Shown here piece by piece: positions 61,837 through 64,000 of a stretch of DNA of 64,000 nt (its first letter is position 1; each line of letters begins with the position of its first letter). Made by a program: the position numbers and the translations under genes. Source of the stretch: Bugula neritina (Eukaryota; Animalia; Bryozoa); NCBI GenBank assembly GCA_964035545.1, contig OZ037766.1, forward strand, positions 30,494,773 to 30,558,772, read 5' to 3'. Below the pieces are notes generated by a model that did not search any database, was not told the DNA's origin, and worked only from the letters and a program-made list of their open reading frames with translations.

Positions 61837-63938
61837 TTACTCTTCTTCCGAATGGATGTTAGAGGAAGTGTGAGACATTTCGTCTTCCATAGCTGAGAGT
61901 TTATTCTTGGCATGAGACGTTGAGAGAATATACTGCATGGTGTACTTGTTGTAGTCACATCTACAAGGAGTTGTAAACAGCTAAAGTAGCCAAACCAATC
62001 AATACAGTAGACAAGGAAGTATGCATTGTAAATCAATAAATATTGAAATACATTGTGGCTCAAATATAACAACAAAAGCCTAATGAAACACACACTGCAG
62101 TAATGTTATAATATACAACATACAACGTAGTAGCTTATGTTTATTGAACACACAACACAGGCATAAGTCTTGTAGCATTCAAATTACATGACATGCTGCC
62201 ACATTTCAAACCAAAATGATGATGTCACAACAGAAGAAAGTAGCATGTACTGGACCTATCCCAACACAGCAAATTAACACGTAGCAAATAGTACTACTGT
62301 TTGGAGATAAAAATTGCATACAGAATTAAAACCCCATAAACTTTGTGCAAAACTTGACGTGTCACTAATAACCAACTCACATTTTCCGCAACTGCTCATG
62401 CTTTTGTGTCAAGGACTTTTGTAGCGAGGTGCAGGCTGACAGCACCCTTTGACCTCTAGACTTGAGAGCTGGGCCGTGAACAGTGAGTAGTTGAAGAGCC
62501 CATTGAGTATAGTACTCGACGTGCGCCGAGCTGTCTAAATAGTGAGGTAATTTCTCTAGCAACTTGTCCACATATCGGTCAGGTATAGAGGAGATAACTA
62601 CCGTAACTAAAATATATACATTATCTTCCATAGCATTAGTCATATCTTTCATAGTATTAGTTATATCTGTTTAAGTATTAGTCATATCTGTCATAGTATT
62701 AGTCATATCTATCAATAAGCAGCTAGGATACACAAACACTAACACACATAATATTTAACACTGAATGAAATCCTGTATCATCACCGAAAGCCACGAGATG
62801 ATACATTGGTCAAAAGTACAAAGTCTAGACGGTGTAATACATAGACTGACATAACGCCCTATACTCACTCTGGTCCAAAGGTGTAGACTCCAGAGCCTGT
62901 TGTATCAGTTCCGTCACGTTCAGTCTAAGAGCCAACAGCAACGCCATACTGTACTCTCGCTCGGCCAACGCCTTCTTCATCACCTCTGGAGTCACCTCCA
63001 TTCCAAACTCAAAGGGGTCAAAGGTCAATGTGGAGTCAAGGGAATATATCAGCACACCTTCAGTGCTGGTGGCTGCCCACGATCTTCCTAATAAAACAAT
63101 GAAAGCTGCCGCGTGATACGGACTAGTACTAGTAGTACTACTACTACTACCACTACTACTACTACTAGCACTACTACTACCACTACTACTAGTACTGCCA
63201 CTACTACTGCTACTACTACTACTACTTTTACTACTACTACTACTACTACCAGTACTACTACTACCGTTACTACTACTACTACTACTGCTGATACTACTAC
63301 TACTACTACCAGTACTATTACTACTAGTACTACTATTACTACTAGTATCTGTCACCAACCAGTGGGAGAAAAGCTGACCGAACTGACTCTCAGCTCTGGT
63401 CGGTCTCTCCTTAGACTGAGATCTCCAGTTCTAACTCCAGGAAGGCCGGCCATTGTTTCGTCCCGTGTTTCTACTTGGTCCGCATTACCAGCTTCCGTCA
63501 TCTTGCGTTTATCAAGAAACTCCTAGACAACGGAGAACAGGCTGACACATGGAATAGACAAGCTTGCACTAAATGTACTTCAATACTATACTACATACTA
63601 CAGTACATACTACAGCACATACTACAAAACATACTACAGTGTAAACTACAATACATACTACACTGTAAACTACAATACATACTACGCTGTAAACTAAAAT
63701 ACATACTACAGTGTAAACTACAATACATCCTACAGCACATACTACAATACACACTACAGGATGTGAGTGTAAACATCACAATGGACTCACTTCTATGCCA
63801 TCCATTGAGAGGTTTTGAGTGATTTTGAACTTCTTAAGCAGAGCCTGGTCCTGAATGGAGAAGATGCAGACGTACGGACTTTGACCTGCTGCCAGTATTG
63901 ACTTGCCGTCTGCGGAGTACGCCAGGCAGGTGAAAGTA
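61837..63938 (-). CDS. PWP2: Periodic tryptophan protein 2 (UTP1), 3' exons 63938-63791, 63522-63360, 63087-62869, 62606-62381, 61960-61837
   Basis: FTCLAYSADGKSILAAGQS, NLSMDGIEEFLDKRKMTEAGN, LPGVRTGDLS, FSPTGRSWAATSTEGVLIYSLD..FDPF, AHVEYYTQW and CDYNKYTMQY match the PWP2 C-terminal half. GT-AG phases are consistent. Confidence 0.93.
63121..63347. repeat. (ACT)n trinucleotide microsatellite in a PWP2 intron
   Basis: Direct observation; explains the poly-Ser and poly-Thr ORFs. Confidence 0.95.
63586..63760. repeat. 12/24-bp minisatellite (TACATACTACAGTGTAAACTACAA) in a PWP2 intron
   Basis: Degenerate tandem copies. Confidence 0.85.
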
Positions 63939-64000
63939 CTACAGAGATTAACACGCTACATGGTAGAGTAAACCTGAACTACATGGTACAGTGAACTAAC

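Noticed and set aside
62825-63822. Poly-Ser, poly-Thr (mucin-like) and LQYI-repeat ORFs
   Set aside because: Intronic (ACT)n and minisatellite sequence; only the PWP2 exon portions are coding.

Overview
Intron-containing invertebrate (metazoan) genomic DNA; the species cannot be determined from this window. The window is bracketed by two housekeeping genes: the 3' part of SREBP (+, 81-~5870) and the 3' part of PWP2/UTP1 (-, 61837-63938, continuing beyond the window). Between them is a ~51-kb tandem array of four paralogous 7-exon genes. In each, one ~3-kb exon of ~25 (about 30 in copy B) long 39-aa ankyrin repeats splices in frame to a caspase-2-like protease with intact His/Cys catalytic residues and a non-canonical QSCAG pentapeptide. 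No CARD or DED is recognisable. Three copies look intact (~1285-1295 aa), one has a single nonsense mutation, and two 5' fragments lie between them. The ankyrin exons vary in repeat number, in mosaic tracts and at predicted binding-face residues, while the caspase exons are nearly invariant. This suggests a diversifying sensor-protease receptor family (inference). Two young, complete Gypsy LTR retrotransposons sit ~90 bp apart in homologous spacer positions. Also present: a small CD225/dispanin (IFITM-like) gene, tRNA-derived SINEs, MITEs and intronic minisatellites. Gene models were read by eye from GT-AG phases and protein motifs; no searches were run.
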